Source of the DNA: Anaerolineae bacterium
GTDB lineage: Bacteria > Chloroflexota > Anaerolineae > B4-G1 > SLSP01
Length of the DNA stretch: 31,883 nt
Direction of reading: 5' to 3'
Assembly: GCA_049975685.1 (NCBI GenBank)
Contig: JBNGDR010000001.1
Location: forward strand, 1 to 31,883
This document shows, in pieces, positions 9,314-18,796 of the stretch; within the stretch, counting starts at the first letter, position 1, and every line of letters starts with the position of its first letter. Below the pieces are notes generated by a model. It saw only the letters and a list, made by a program, of their open reading frames with translations. It did not search any database and was not told the DNA's origin. Made by a program: the position numbers and the translations under genes.

Positions 9314-10807
9314 TCATGGATTGTACTCAAGGTATAAGGGGCTACCGCCTGCCAGAATCGTCAAGCGCCCATCCTGAATTCCATCTTCCCAATCGGAAGT
9401 GATAAAGGAATTCCCAAATTTGTCGGAGACACGTACAGTACTGGCACTCACTCTATAGGGAACCAGAGGATCGTCTTCCTCCACGTAGGGAGTATCGTCG
9501 TTAGTCCATACAATATCCATTCGCTTCGAGCGGCGGGTAAATACGTAGCCCTCGATAAGTTCAGACCCGGTCTCATTGAGACTGAGAGGTCTTACATACT
9601 GAGCGCCCTCTAGCATGGTAGTCATGAACTGATAGGCATAATAAGATTCCTTGGGGTTATAGTTAGAGTTGAGCAAGCCCGGAAGCCCCAGGACTCCACC
9701 ATCACTGATCATGAACCACACAACAGTCTCCAGATCCATGGACATAGCCCGAGCGTAGAGCTTGGCCGGATAGCGGCTCTGCAGCTCGTCACTCCCCCAG
9801 GAGGAGCCACTCTCCCAGCCAGCCTCCGTGCAAATGAGCGGCCTATCCGCGAATCCATACTGCTCCATCTTCTGACGCACATAGATCGTCTTGCCGACGA
9901 TGCCGGGGCCATAAGCGGACCAGGTCTCTTCAAAGACGGGATAGTAATGGAAGTTCATAACATCGAAGCAGGTCTCACCCTGACAGGCACTCAGCACGTC
10001 ATCCAGGAAATCGGGATCGAAGACGCCGCCATCCTCGACAAACCAGTCGAGTGCAATGCCGCCGAACACAAGCTTCGCATCGGGACTGGCAGCCAGCATG
10101 ACCGCACGTAATTGCTTCATAAGGCCCGCGTAATCAGCCCCATTCTCACCCCACAATCCCCAACCACCGTGTTCAGCGTGCCAATGGTCAGTGTTGTCGG
10201 GCTCGTTGTAGATCTCAAAGTACCGTACAGTGAAGGATCCGGGCACATCACTAAATCCATCGCCATCATACCTCTCCACAACGGCGCCCATGAACTCCGC
10301 CAGATCGGCAAAATCATAGACCGGCCCCATAGCATACTCCGCCGCCCATTCCGGCTGATCTGCCAAAGTCAAGATCAAATGAAGGCCCTGCTCCCGAGCG
10401 TTGCTCACGATGGTATCTAGCTTTGACCAATCATAGTGATCCGGCGTCGTATTGACGGGCTCAATATCATCCCAGTGAAACGGTATCCGTATCCAGCTTA
10501 TTCCCAGATCAACAGTATGGGATAGAGGTAGTCCGTTTTGCAATGCGCCGTAATGTTGCACGCCAAATATGGATGGAGCCGAGTTCCAATACTGCTGTAC
10601 CACGGGTAAATATGTGGTGACGGTCTGCGTGCTGGAGGTTTGAAGCCCAGGCACCATATCAACGACTTCTGGGCCTCGCATGGTGTGGGGCTCAGCAACA
10701 GCGATCTGGACCTCTCCAATTACACCAGACGCGATGCCTCCCGCCATACCACCCATTATCACCACCAACAGCAACAACCCATAACGTCGAAGATAACCCA
10801 ATGTCAC
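9314..10807 (-). CDS. Secreted clan GH-A glycoside hydrolase (GH5/GH39/GH42-like barrel)
   Basis: GTG start at 10807 behind GGAGG. Hydrophobic N-terminus, WIRIPFHWDDIEP, FEIYNEPD, FDVMNFHYY, LICTEAG. TYLPVV motif near the N-terminus. Confidence 0.8.
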   Translation of the reverse strand: MTLGYLRRYGLLLLVVIMGGMAGGIASGVIGEVQIAVAEPHTMRGPEVVDMVPGLQTSSTQTVTTYLPVVQQYWNSAPSIFGVQHYGALQNGLPLSHTVDLGISWIRIPFHWDDIEPVNTTPDHYDWSKLDTIVSNAREQGLHLILTLADQPEWAAEYAMGPVYDFADLAEFMGAVVERYDGDGFSDVPGSFTVRYFEIYNEPDNTDHWHAEHGGWGLWGENGADYAGLMKQLRAVMLAASPDAKLVFGGIALDWFVEDGGVFDPDFLDDVLSACQGETCFDVMNFHYYPVFEETWSAYGPGIVGKTIYVRQKMEQYGFADRPLICTEAGWESGSSWGSDELQSRYPAKLYARAMSMDLETVVWFMISDGGVLGLPGLLNSNYNPKESYYAYQFMTTMLEGAQYVRPLSLNETGSELIEGYVFTRRSKRMDIVWTNDDTPYVEEDDPLVPYRVSASTVRVSDKFGNSFITSDWEDGIQDGRLTILAGGSPLYLEYNP

Positions 10808-10811
10808 GCTA

Positions 10812-11945
10812 TTAACCTCCTGAAGCCATAATGAGTGGGATGTAGACACGATAAGCCGCCGAGGAAAGTACCCATAACCGGCCCTCATCGTCCAGGGTGA
10901 TCCCGGTCGGTGTGGGACGATAACCAGGCACCGTGAAATACACTCGTTCTCCATTCGATGGCGCCAAGCGCCCGATTTGCCCCACTGCCCACTGCGTAAA
11001 CCACAACCTGTTGCTACTATCGGCATCCAGATCCATGGGGATACTATCCGCAGGGCCCACTTCATAAGGGTTGACTATGGGAAAGGTCCCCGTGCCAAAT
11101 TGAGAGATCCGGTTACCCCCATGCTCCGTGGCCCAGATACGTCCGGCACCATCCACCGTCAGATTATAGGGCTCATCAACCCCACTCGCGGGGGGGGAAA
11201 TATCAACCCACTGATCTTCGTCCGGTTCATAGACAGTTACCCGATCCTTGTCGTATTGGGTAATATAGATCCTATCACCAGACTTAACGATCCCGTAAGG
11301 CGACCCATCCGGCATGGTAGGTCCCTGGTACTCATGAATAGCATAAGATACCGTAGAGGTGACCACCAGATGTCCAATCTGATCTGCCTGCATCTCGGTG
11401 AACCAGACGCTCCCATCCGTGTCCACGAATAGATCCGCCGGATAGCTGTCGGGGGTATTGATGGCGAACTCGGCGATCGCTCCCGTCGAGATATTCAGGC
11501 GCCCCAGTTGATTGCACCCCGGTTCGGTGAACCAGACAAAGCCCTCCCGGACATCCAAACTACGAGGGGAACAACCATCGCTCACAGCATATTCGGTATA
11601 CCGGTGAGATAGCGTGTCGGTGTATACCAGGCGACCGATGGCATCGATACCTGATAAAGTAAACCACACGTCGTATGCACTCCCATTCACATGGGGAGTC
11701 ACTTCAACGTCCCAGGGGCCCGCGCCACTGGTGGGGATCAAGAACGAATACTCGAAAGTCGAGCTATTGGGGTTAAAGAGATGAACGTAGCCGTCCCCCA
11801 GCGCGTTCACAATCTGATCTTCTGAGATCTCTGCTGCCCGAGTCCCCCCACTGAAAATCCCCAAGCAGAGTACAAACAGTAATCCACAGACCAGTAAGCT
11901 TAAGCCTATTCTCAACGTCTTGTCTTCACTCTGTCTCCCCATCAT
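10812..11945 (-). CDS. Secreted Vgb/streptogramin-lyase-like beta-propeller protein with C-terminal VYIPLIM motif
   Basis: Signal peptide, repeated blades P-x-[DG]-[LI]...[VIL]W[FA]T[EQ] (VWFTEPG, VWFTEMQ, IWATEHG, LWFTQW). Confidence 0.8.
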   Translation of the reverse strand: MMGRQSEDKTLRIGLSLLVCGLLFVLCLGIFSGGTRAAEISEDQIVNALGDGYVHLFNPNSSTFEYSFLIPTSGAGPWDVEVTPHVNGSAYDVWFTLSGIDAIGRLVYTDTLSHRYTEYAVSDGCSPRSLDVREGFVWFTEPGCNQLGRLNISTGAIAEFAINTPDSYPADLFVDTDGSVWFTEMQADQIGHLVVTSTVSYAIHEYQGPTMPDGSPYGIVKSGDRIYITQYDKDRVTVYEPDEDQWVDISPPASGVDEPYNLTVDGAGRIWATEHGGNRISQFGTGTFPIVNPYEVGPADSIPMDLDADSSNRLWFTQWAVGQIGRLAPSNGERVYFTVPGYRPTPTGITLDDEGRLWVLSSAAYRVYIPLIMASGG

Positions 11946-12022
11946 CTCCCTGTCCCCCTTCGCTGGATAAACTGCTATTGCTTCCCTGAAGTAACGACGA
12001 CGGACATACAGAAGCAGAGCTC

Positions 12023-12050
12023 ATCATACCGCACCTCTAAAGGGATGCAA
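12023..12050 (-). promoter_or_regulatory. Internal sigma70-type promoter for the propeller-GH-GH-wzt-GT sub-operon
   Basis: Minus strand TTGCAT (12050-12045), 16-nt spacer, TATGAT (12028-12023), in the only long gap (145 nt) of the operon. Confidence 0.6.
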
Positions 12051-12090
12051 GGTACCAACGACGGGAATCATCGCTACCTCTGTGCATCAT

Positions 12091-13491
12091 CTATCTCGAG
12101 AGATCGTACAGGCGAATACGTATCCGCTTAAACGGCGTCTCGGATACCAAAGCGGCATCCTGATCTAGTACCTGTTCAATCTTTCCCTGTGGATCCGAAT
12201 ACTCCTCGTGGCTCAACACCAACCAGACCCGATCATGATTGGCAACAGCCTCCTCCAACCTTTCTGGAAGATCTTCCGGGAGTAAACCCACCCCTTCAAG
12301 ATCTCCATCGTAGTAGTAATTGAAGGGCATCCGCACGTACGGAGCGCTGAAGAGTAGAATATCTCCCTCTTGTTCGCGCTCTTCCACATATTGAACCGCC
12401 TCCCGCCAGGATTCCTGCTCCTGAAAACCCACGACGTAGATTGTCACGGGAAGAGTCACCAACAACGCAATAAGCATCATCCGGCGCCAGTTGTCGATCC
12501 GAGAAAAGAGAAAACCGATGATACCGAGAAGATGGGGCAGAAGGATCACGGATTGGCGCTTCACACTAAAGCCCCGGGGGACGACCCAGGCCAATAACAA
12601 ACCAACGTAAATAAGTGTAGCACCGATGAGATGCCAGCGATGAAAGCGAAAACTCAAATCCCGTCGTAAAATCGTCCAGACCACGCCAACGAGAACCACG
12701 ACCGAGACGACAGCCGCAACCTTAAAAAGAGTCGTCAACGTATCCAGGGAGACCATGATACCCACTTCGTCGAGAAGTTGCTGCAGCGCCATGAAATACC
12801 AGCTACTACCCCCTCCCCCCCCTTCCAGGAATTGAGTAGCAAACCGCCGAGCCTGTGGAATATAGAGCGCCCCCACAACCAATAGAGCAACCAGAGATAC
12901 CGCCAGAAACCCCGTCGACGCCCCTCGCTGGCGCCACAGGGGGACGAAGAGTACTATCTGGAGGAAAACCACCACGAACATGGAGTACTGCGTGTAAAGC
13001 CCCAGCAGCGTCGCAACAACCCAGCCCAACCACCACAATGGACGCTTGCGATGCAGAGCCAGAGAATAGCACAAGGTCGATGAGACCCCAAAGAAGGTGA
13101 CCAAGGCATACATGCGCGCCTCCTGTGAATACCACAGGTGCATGGGCGCCAGCGCCAATAACCAAGCCCCCACCAACGCGGCACGTTCGTCGCTCCACTC
13201 ACGAACTAACCAGTACATCAATGGAATCGTCAGGATGCCAGCAATAGCCGATGGCAAACGCAGCAAGAACTCCCCCTTCCCCAGATCTGACCAGTAATGC
13301 ATGATCAGATAATAGAGGGGGGGATGGGGATCACCACCCGGTGACGTGATCTCCTGCACCGTCCCCGATGCAAACATCGCCGTGGCGCTCTCATCGAGCC
13401 AGATACTCTTGCGATCCAACCCTATTAACCGCAGCATCCCGCCGACGAGAACAGCCAGAATCAGCAAGAGGAGAATGCGCGATCTATTCAT
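12091..13491 (-). CDS. GT-C glycosyltransferase, family 39 / PMT-like membrane protein
   Basis: SIWLDESAT, DPHPPLYY, LRLPSAIAG, YSQEARMY, many TM helices. ATG 13491 behind GGAGG overlaps the upstream stop by 8 nt. Confidence 0.85.
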   Translation of the reverse strand: MNRSRILLLLILAVLVGGMLRLIGLDRKSIWLDESATAMFASGTVQEITSPGGDPHPPLYYLIMHYWSDLGKGEFLLRLPSAIAGILTIPLMYWLVREWSDERAALVGAWLLALAPMHLWYSQEARMYALVTFFGVSSTLCYSLALHRKRPLWWLGWVVATLLGLYTQYSMFVVVFLQIVLFVPLWRQRGASTGFLAVSLVALLVVGALYIPQARRFATQFLEGGGGGSSWYFMALQQLLDEVGIMVSLDTLTTLFKVAAVVSVVVLVGVVWTILRRDLSFRFHRWHLIGATLIYVGLLLAWVVPRGFSVKRQSVILLPHLLGIIGFLFSRIDNWRRMMLIALLVTLPVTIYVVGFQEQESWREAVQYVEEREQEGDILLFSAPYVRMPFNYYYDGDLEGVGLLPEDLPERLEEAVANHDRVWLVLSHEEYSDPQGKIEQVLDQDAALVSETPFKRIRIRLYDLSR

Positions 13492-15460
13492 AGCGGACCT
13501 CCACAACCACATTCGTTCTAAGGTCCAGTGCAAAGGTAACTATCCCATCCCCTATTTCGGCAGGATCTGGTGTCGCCGCCAGAAGTTCCGCATCCGGAGG
13601 CAGTTCAACGCTCAGTGATACAGGCGTGTTCATCGTACCAGGTTGCTTTTGCACTATCAAGGTATAGGATTTCTGGATACCGTCCGCTTGCACCACCTGG
13701 GGCAGTGTGTATTCGAAGTTGGTCTCCAGGGTCTCACCGTATTCCACCACAAAGAACTGAGCGAAGACCACCTTTTCCAGATCCTCATCAAGAAGGGTGG
13801 CCTGACCTTCGACCGGCTCCTCCAGCAACATGTACTCTGCCGGCGTATAATGGGGTGTTGCAGAACCCAGGCTACTTCCCTCAGGAACGTAGACGCGCAG
13901 ATAGTTGTAGAAGCAGCGGTGCATCATCTGTTCGTAAACTAATCCCTCTCCATAGGGCACAAAGTGCTCGCAGTCAACGCCCGTTCGTCCTCCCTGGTGA
14001 AGGTAAGCGATGGACAAATCGGCTTCGGCCGTCCCATCTTTCTCCAAGGCTACCCGATATGTGATCTCCTTCTCAACCAGGGGGTTAACCTTGTTGTAGC
14101 CGACATTAGTATCAACGACCATCAAATAATCGCCTGGGCTCTGGAGCAAGGCACCATCCCAGTGCAACCGCGAGAGCACGTCCATCACTTCTTCATTCTC
14201 AAAGAAGATCAATATATGTTTCTCTTCAAGCGCACGATAAAGCGCCTGTCCCATTCCCAACCACTGCACGCTTCCGGGATCGCCCTCGATTTGATCGAGA
14301 AGCACCTGTGCCAACTCTCCAATGAAATCCTTGCGACTCAACGCCCACTCCACGGACGTACCCTGGTCATCAGGGTTCCAGGACGACCGCATGAATGCCC
14401 GCAGGTTCGCCCCTGTGATGAGTCTATCTACCTCCGGCAACCGAAGCCCTCCCAACCCATCGACCAGCAGCTCCAACGCCCGTTGATCGGTGGCAATGAC
14501 CCCATCGACCTCTACATCCTGGCCATATTCATAGAAATAGGCCATCTTTCGGGCCGATGAAGGGAAATCTGGCGACCAATTGGCATCCCGAAAGAGCCAC
14601 AGCTCCAATCCCATGTACCGAGTTAAGGGCTCTGGAGGATCTGGATAGGGCTTATTTGCATAGTCATCCACCAGGTTCGCATCAACGAAATCAAGAGACG
14701 TGATCTCACCACCATCCACGGTAACCCTCAGAGCAGCGCTGATAAACCCCCCTGTAGGGCGCAACTCCTCTTCGTTCTGGGCCACGACCAGAAAGGTGCG
14801 GGGCTCCTCAACGCCTAACAGATCCGGTGCAATCTCTGCCACGGCCAGACCATCTACCAGCAGAGGGAGCATCTCGTCCAATTTCCGCATAGGTCCCTGA
14901 AATCGCCAGGGGAGGTTCTCGATCTCGATCTGTTTACGCGCCTCCTGTGCCCTCTCCACCGCTGCCCCTGCCGGTCCTAATTGAGGTTGAACAGCGATAA
15001 CGGCTGACTTCACCACCTCCAGGGTGTCCTGCTGCCCGGTCTCCAAGGACTGAAGAGTTGGCGAGAAAACCTCCCACATGATCACACCAGCCTCCGTCAA
15101 CCCATCTGCCATCTCCAGAAGAGGAGAAGCCTCCTCCAATAGCGGACCGACCTTGGGAAGCCATCTGAAAGCCGGTCCCAACCGTGCCAAACCGCCCACC
15201 TGACCCTGCAGGGAAACAACGTCCGCCCGCAGATCATGCAACAACTGCCCCACAGATTCGGGGTCCGAACGGAGTACCGCCATAGGTTCCTCTTCGGCGA
15301 GAGATTCAACCCTCCGAAGATGGTCTTCCAACGACCGCACCGTCGCGTAAACTTGAACCCCCCAGATGACCACCAGCACCAAGCCCAGGAGTATCAAGCC
15401 CAGGCCCAGATGTGTCGGCCTTAACCGGATAGAACGTCGTTCGGCTCCCTCGTGCGACAT
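13484..15460 (-). CDS. DUF4012-domain membrane-anchored protein
   Basis: N-terminal TM helix. QNEEELRPTGGFI, FRDANWSPDFP, DGVIATD, VVDTNVGYNK, NYLRVYVP. RBS AGGAGG. Confidence 0.8.
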   Translation of the reverse strand: MSHEGAERRSIRLRPTHLGLGLILLGLVLVVIWGVQVYATVRSLEDHLRRVESLAEEEPMAVLRSDPESVGQLLHDLRADVVSLQGQVGGLARLGPAFRWLPKVGPLLEEASPLLEMADGLTEAGVIMWEVFSPTLQSLETGQQDTLEVVKSAVIAVQPQLGPAGAAVERAQEARKQIEIENLPWRFQGPMRKLDEMLPLLVDGLAVAEIAPDLLGVEEPRTFLVVAQNEEELRPTGGFISAALRVTVDGGEITSLDFVDANLVDDYANKPYPDPPEPLTRYMGLELWLFRDANWSPDFPSSARKMAYFYEYGQDVEVDGVIATDQRALELLVDGLGGLRLPEVDRLITGANLRAFMRSSWNPDDQGTSVEWALSRKDFIGELAQVLLDQIEGDPGSVQWLGMGQALYRALEEKHILIFFENEEVMDVLSRLHWDGALLQSPGDYLMVVDTNVGYNKVNPLVEKEITYRVALEKDGTAEADLSIAYLHQGGRTGVDCEHFVPYGEGLVYEQMMHRCFYNYLRVYVPEGSSLGSATPHYTPAEYMLLEEPVEGQATLLDEDLEKVVFAQFFVVEYGETLETNFEYTLPQVVQADGIQKSYTLIVQKQPGTMNTPVSLSVELPPDAELLAATPDPAEIGDGIVTFALDLRTNVVVEVRYE

Positions 15461-15499
15461 ATAACCTCCTACCTAATCTCTCCTCTGCCAATCGTTACT

Positions 15500-16852
15500 T
15501 CATCGACACTCAACCGTCGAAGCGCCCACGTAGCACAGAGGATATCCCTCTGCCAAACCTTCAAGGGTGAGAGGAGTCACAGGGCGCTGGATCTCCTGTG
15601 TGATGTAATCTCGATAGGCTTCATCACCCCAGAGATCCTCATCCACCACCACAACGTCTGGACGCAAGTGGAGAACCTCCTGAACGTACCACAATGTGAA
15701 AGTATGTGCATCCTGCGACGTGACGAGAACAGCCTCCGCCGGCGTCTGCACCAACGTCCGCTCCCACCACTGCTGCGCAGCAAGATCCCCAGACAAATCC
15801 ATGGCCCCCACGTGCCAGATCAGAGAAGCCACCGGAATCAACAACCAGAGTAACCTCGGAACCCCCCGGGCAGCGGCGGCCTCGATGCCCGCGCCCAGCC
15901 ACAGAGCCGGGATAGAAAGGAAGGGTACCATATAAATCAGAGAGTCCGAGGTATCATACCCTATCGCATACGCGCTGATCCCGGCGAAGGTCAGCAGCAG
16001 TCCCACTGTCCGCCGCGGGCGCTCTTGCCACAGATACGATACTCCCCAGATGCACAGCAAAGCCCCCAGGGGCGTAAACTGTCTGACCAGCGTCGTCACC
16101 CAGGAGAGCGCTCTGCGCGGCCAATCACCAAGCGGTACGCTGAAAGCATATCCCCAATACAAGCGGGCGCTGACGTACTCCCACCAACCGTCGAAGTTAC
16201 CCAGATCGCCCCAGGGCTGCGGCCAGGGGCCACGCAACTGCAAAAACACGTAGGCTATGCCAGCTATCCCCAAAGCAGCGAGCAGCCCAGGCCATCCCTC
16301 CCAACCCAGGTCCAACCAGAGCGGCGCCAGAAAGATGAGAGTAGGATGAACGGTCAAACCCAGACCCCAGAGAATCCCCCCCAGCACTATGGATCGCCGT
16401 GAAGCAGATCTCCTTATCCCAACCCACCAGAAGAGGAAAAGAGCCGAGAAAAGAGCCGCTGTCGTGTAGACTTCCGTGATGAGAGCCTGCGACCAGAAGA
16501 GAGGGGCCACGACAAGAGCGATCCCCCCCACACTGCCGGCAACGGCGGAATCATTGAGCACCAGAATGGCCGCAGCGACCGCAGCAACGGCCCCGGCCCC
16601 CATAACCGCCGAGAGCAGGTTGAGCCGCCAGGCAGGATTCGACCAGGGCAATCGCACAAAGAGATCTGCAAACCCCAGGTAGAGGGGAAAGCCCGGCGGG
16701 TGGGAAAGCCGACCGGTCACCGCCGCAGTCACGAGATCGCCACCATCCGCCCCCCAATGTGACCACGACAGGGTGGGCGCCATTGTCATGCCGTACACGG
16801 TCAGCGCGACACCCACCACGATCACCGTCGCCGCCACCCGTCTCCAAGTCAT
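15500..16852 (-). CDS. DUF2723 / TMEM260-like GT-C membrane glycosyltransferase
   Basis: ADGGDLVTAA...HPPGFPLY, WRLNLLSA, FWSQALITEVY. Multi-TM. The ATG overlaps the upstream TGA (ATGA). Confidence 0.8.
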   Translation of the reverse strand: MTWRRVAATVIVVGVALTVYGMTMAPTLSWSHWGADGGDLVTAAVTGRLSHPPGFPLYLGFADLFVRLPWSNPAWRLNLLSAVMGAGAVAAVAAAILVLNDSAVAGSVGGIALVVAPLFWSQALITEVYTTAALFSALFLFWWVGIRRSASRRSIVLGGILWGLGLTVHPTLIFLAPLWLDLGWEGWPGLLAALGIAGIAYVFLQLRGPWPQPWGDLGNFDGWWEYVSARLYWGYAFSVPLGDWPRRALSWVTTLVRQFTPLGALLCIWGVSYLWQERPRRTVGLLLTFAGISAYAIGYDTSDSLIYMVPFLSIPALWLGAGIEAAAARGVPRLLWLLIPVASLIWHVGAMDLSGDLAAQQWWERTLVQTPAEAVLVTSQDAHTFTLWYVQEVLHLRPDVVVVDEDLWGDEAYRDYITQEIQRPVTPLTLEGLAEGYPLCYVGASTVECR

Positions 16853-17991
16853 CGCGCCTTGTCCCACAAGACCGACTGAGAGCGTGTGACGTGGCGCACA
16901 AAGCCCCCCAACGCTGTGGCGTTGGCAAAGCAGAAGTAGAAGATCATACGCGCGGGTTTCCACTTCCACCCAAGCAGCTCCATACCCCACCCCACCAAGG
17001 CTAGCGCGTAGAAAAGTACCTGCAACCAGAAGATGAGGTGGAAGAAGGGAAGAGCGTAAAGCGCCGCATTGCTAACGAAGGCCAGAATCATAAGGAAGGG
17101 TGCCAGCCAACGTAAAACCTTGTGGGATACGTACTGGAAGGTGACAAGGCCATGACGCGGAGAGAGCAAGCCGCGTAATCGCCCAATCGCCTGGAATCCG
17201 CCGGCAGCCATCCGGACTCTGCGTCGCCACTCCCCCTTTAGTGAAGGCGAAGCCTCCTCCCAGACAATGGCCCCCGGCTCGTAGACCACTCGCCAGCCGT
17301 CCATCACAAGACGCATCGAGAGCACAAAATCCTCGATGAGATTATCCGTCTCCATGGGTCGATAGAGCTCCCGCCGAATGGCAAAGAATTCCCCTACTGC
17401 GCCGATGGCTGTGTTCACCAACGAGTCGGCGCGTTTCATGAAAGCCTCATAACGCCAGTAAGCAGATTCTCCCTCCGCCTGAACCTCCTCGTCGGGACGA
17501 ATACGCTTCTCACCACTCACGCAAGCCACCGCCGGATCCGCGAAGTTGGGCACCAACTGTTGGATGCTGTCGCGCTCCATCATCGCATTGGCATCGGAGA
17601 AGATCAGAATGTCACCACGGGCAAAGGGCACCGCCCGGTTCATCGCCGCGATCTTACCCTGACGCTCCGGTTGAAAGAGCAATCGCACGCCCCGCTCCGA
17701 GTATGCTTTGACAAGGTCCACGGTGCCATCGTTCGAACCATCCGCTATGATGATGATCTCCCGCAGCTCCGCTGGATAGTCCAGCATCTGCAAATTTTCG
17801 ATCTTTTCCACGATGACCGATTCTTCGTTATAGGCAGGAACCACAAAGGTTATGGAAGGTTGGATAGACTCACGCCGGTGGGGGCGGGGACGCAGACGGG
17901 CCAGTACGGCGATGAAAAGAGGATAACCAAGATAGGTCCAGACCACCATCGATGCCGAGAAAAAGAAGAGCCCCACCCATAGCCAATGCAT
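16849..17991 (-). CDS. Membrane GT2, cellulose-synthase/IcaA-like family
   Basis: VVPAYNEE, ADGSNDGT, GKIAAMN, FSDAN, IEDF, EWRRRVRMAAGG. N- and C-terminal TM helices. Confidence 0.9.
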   Translation of the reverse strand: MHWLWVGLFFFSASMVVWTYLGYPLFIAVLARLRPRPHRRESIQPSITFVVPAYNEESVIVEKIENLQMLDYPAELREIIIIADGSNDGTVDLVKAYSERGVRLLFQPERQGKIAAMNRAVPFARGDILIFSDANAMMERDSIQQLVPNFADPAVACVSGEKRIRPDEEVQAEGESAYWRYEAFMKRADSLVNTAIGAVGEFFAIRRELYRPMETDNLIEDFVLSMRLVMDGWRVVYEPGAIVWEEASPSLKGEWRRRVRMAAGGFQAIGRLRGLLSPRHGLVTFQYVSHKVLRWLAPFLMILAFVSNAALYALPFFHLIFWLQVLFYALALVGWGMELLGWKWKPARMIFYFCFANATALGGFVRHVTRSQSVLWDKAR

Positions 17992-18005
17992 GTGGATCTC
18001 CAGTA

Positions 18006-18794
18006 TCAGGTCCCGAACTCAACCACGACGTAGCGGCAGAGCGGACGGAGAGGGGGTACACGACGAAGGAGAAATTCATCCAGCGCGTAGAAGAAGCGGA
18101 ACAACGGCGATGCCTCTCCCCCCTTCATCAACCGCGAGACGCTGGAGAGAAGGTAGAACTCGCGGACGTGAGTCGTCTGAAACCAACGCTCCAGCATCTC
18201 AATGTCGTCATAGGTCAGAGGACGTTCGTGTTCAGAGTGGTACTTGGACTGGTAGGGCAAATAACGCCGTGCGAATTCCAAGATGGGATTGGTACCTAAT
18301 GGCTCGCGGAAAAGCGCCCGCCCACCGGGTTTGAGCACCCGGTGGATCTCCGGTCCCAACAATTCCAGATCTACGTGGTGTAGCAGTCCAAAACCCGTCA
18401 CCCAATCAAAGACATCTTCCTCAAAGTCCAATCGTTCCGCCGGCATGAGATGAGTGTGCACACGCTCCGTCACACCGTTAACCTCTGCTCGACGCCGGGT
18501 TATCTTCAGCGCCGAAGGTGCCACGTCGATAGCCTCCACAATCGCGCCCCGGCGAGCAAGGAAAATAGTGAAATCACCGGGACCACAGCCCATCTCCAGC
18601 ACACGGCAATCCTGCAAGTCGCCCAATCGTTCCGCCATGTAAGCCAGCGACCGCCCGAGATCCTGTTGAAATAGATCCTCATCAGGGGGAATGACAAGAT
18701 CAATCTTGCCACTGGCGACGAGGGCGGCCCAGTGCTCATCGAAAAAAGTACCCTCTTCCTTTTGAGCTACCGTCCATTTCGATGAGTTCGCCAT
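18006..18794 (-). CDS. Class I SAM-dependent methyltransferase
   Basis: Motif I VLEMGCGPG, AIDVAP, FDWVTGFGLLHHV, LKPGGRALFREP. Start re-assigned to MANSSKW. Confidence 0.88.
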   Translation of the reverse strand: MANSSKWTVAQKEEGTFFDEHWAALVASGKIDLVIPPDEDLFQQDLGRSLAYMAERLGDLQDCRVLEMGCGPGDFTIFLARRGAIVEAIDVAPSALKITRRRAEVNGVTERVHTHLMPAERLDFEEDVFDWVTGFGLLHHVDLELLGPEIHRVLKPGGRALFREPLGTNPILEFARRYLPYQSKYHSEHERPLTYDDIEMLERWFQTTHVREFYLLSSVSRLMKGGEASPLFRFFYALDEFLLRRVPPLRPLCRYVVVEFGT

Positions 18795-18796
18795 CG

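Noticed and set aside
9314-11065. 254-nt overlap between the GH gene and the propeller gene implied by the ORF track
   Set aside because: A GTG at 10807 with GGAGG and a signal peptide gives a normal 4-nt gap, and the extra 86 aa look like off-frame sequence.
10812-11945. vgb antibiotic-resistance gene call
   Set aside because: It is exported and lacks the apparent catalytic His/Glu pattern, so no gene symbol was assigned.
16849-17991. icaA/pgaC or bcsA call
   Set aside because: QxxRW is replaced by RRRVRM and no ica/pga/bcs partner genes are present.
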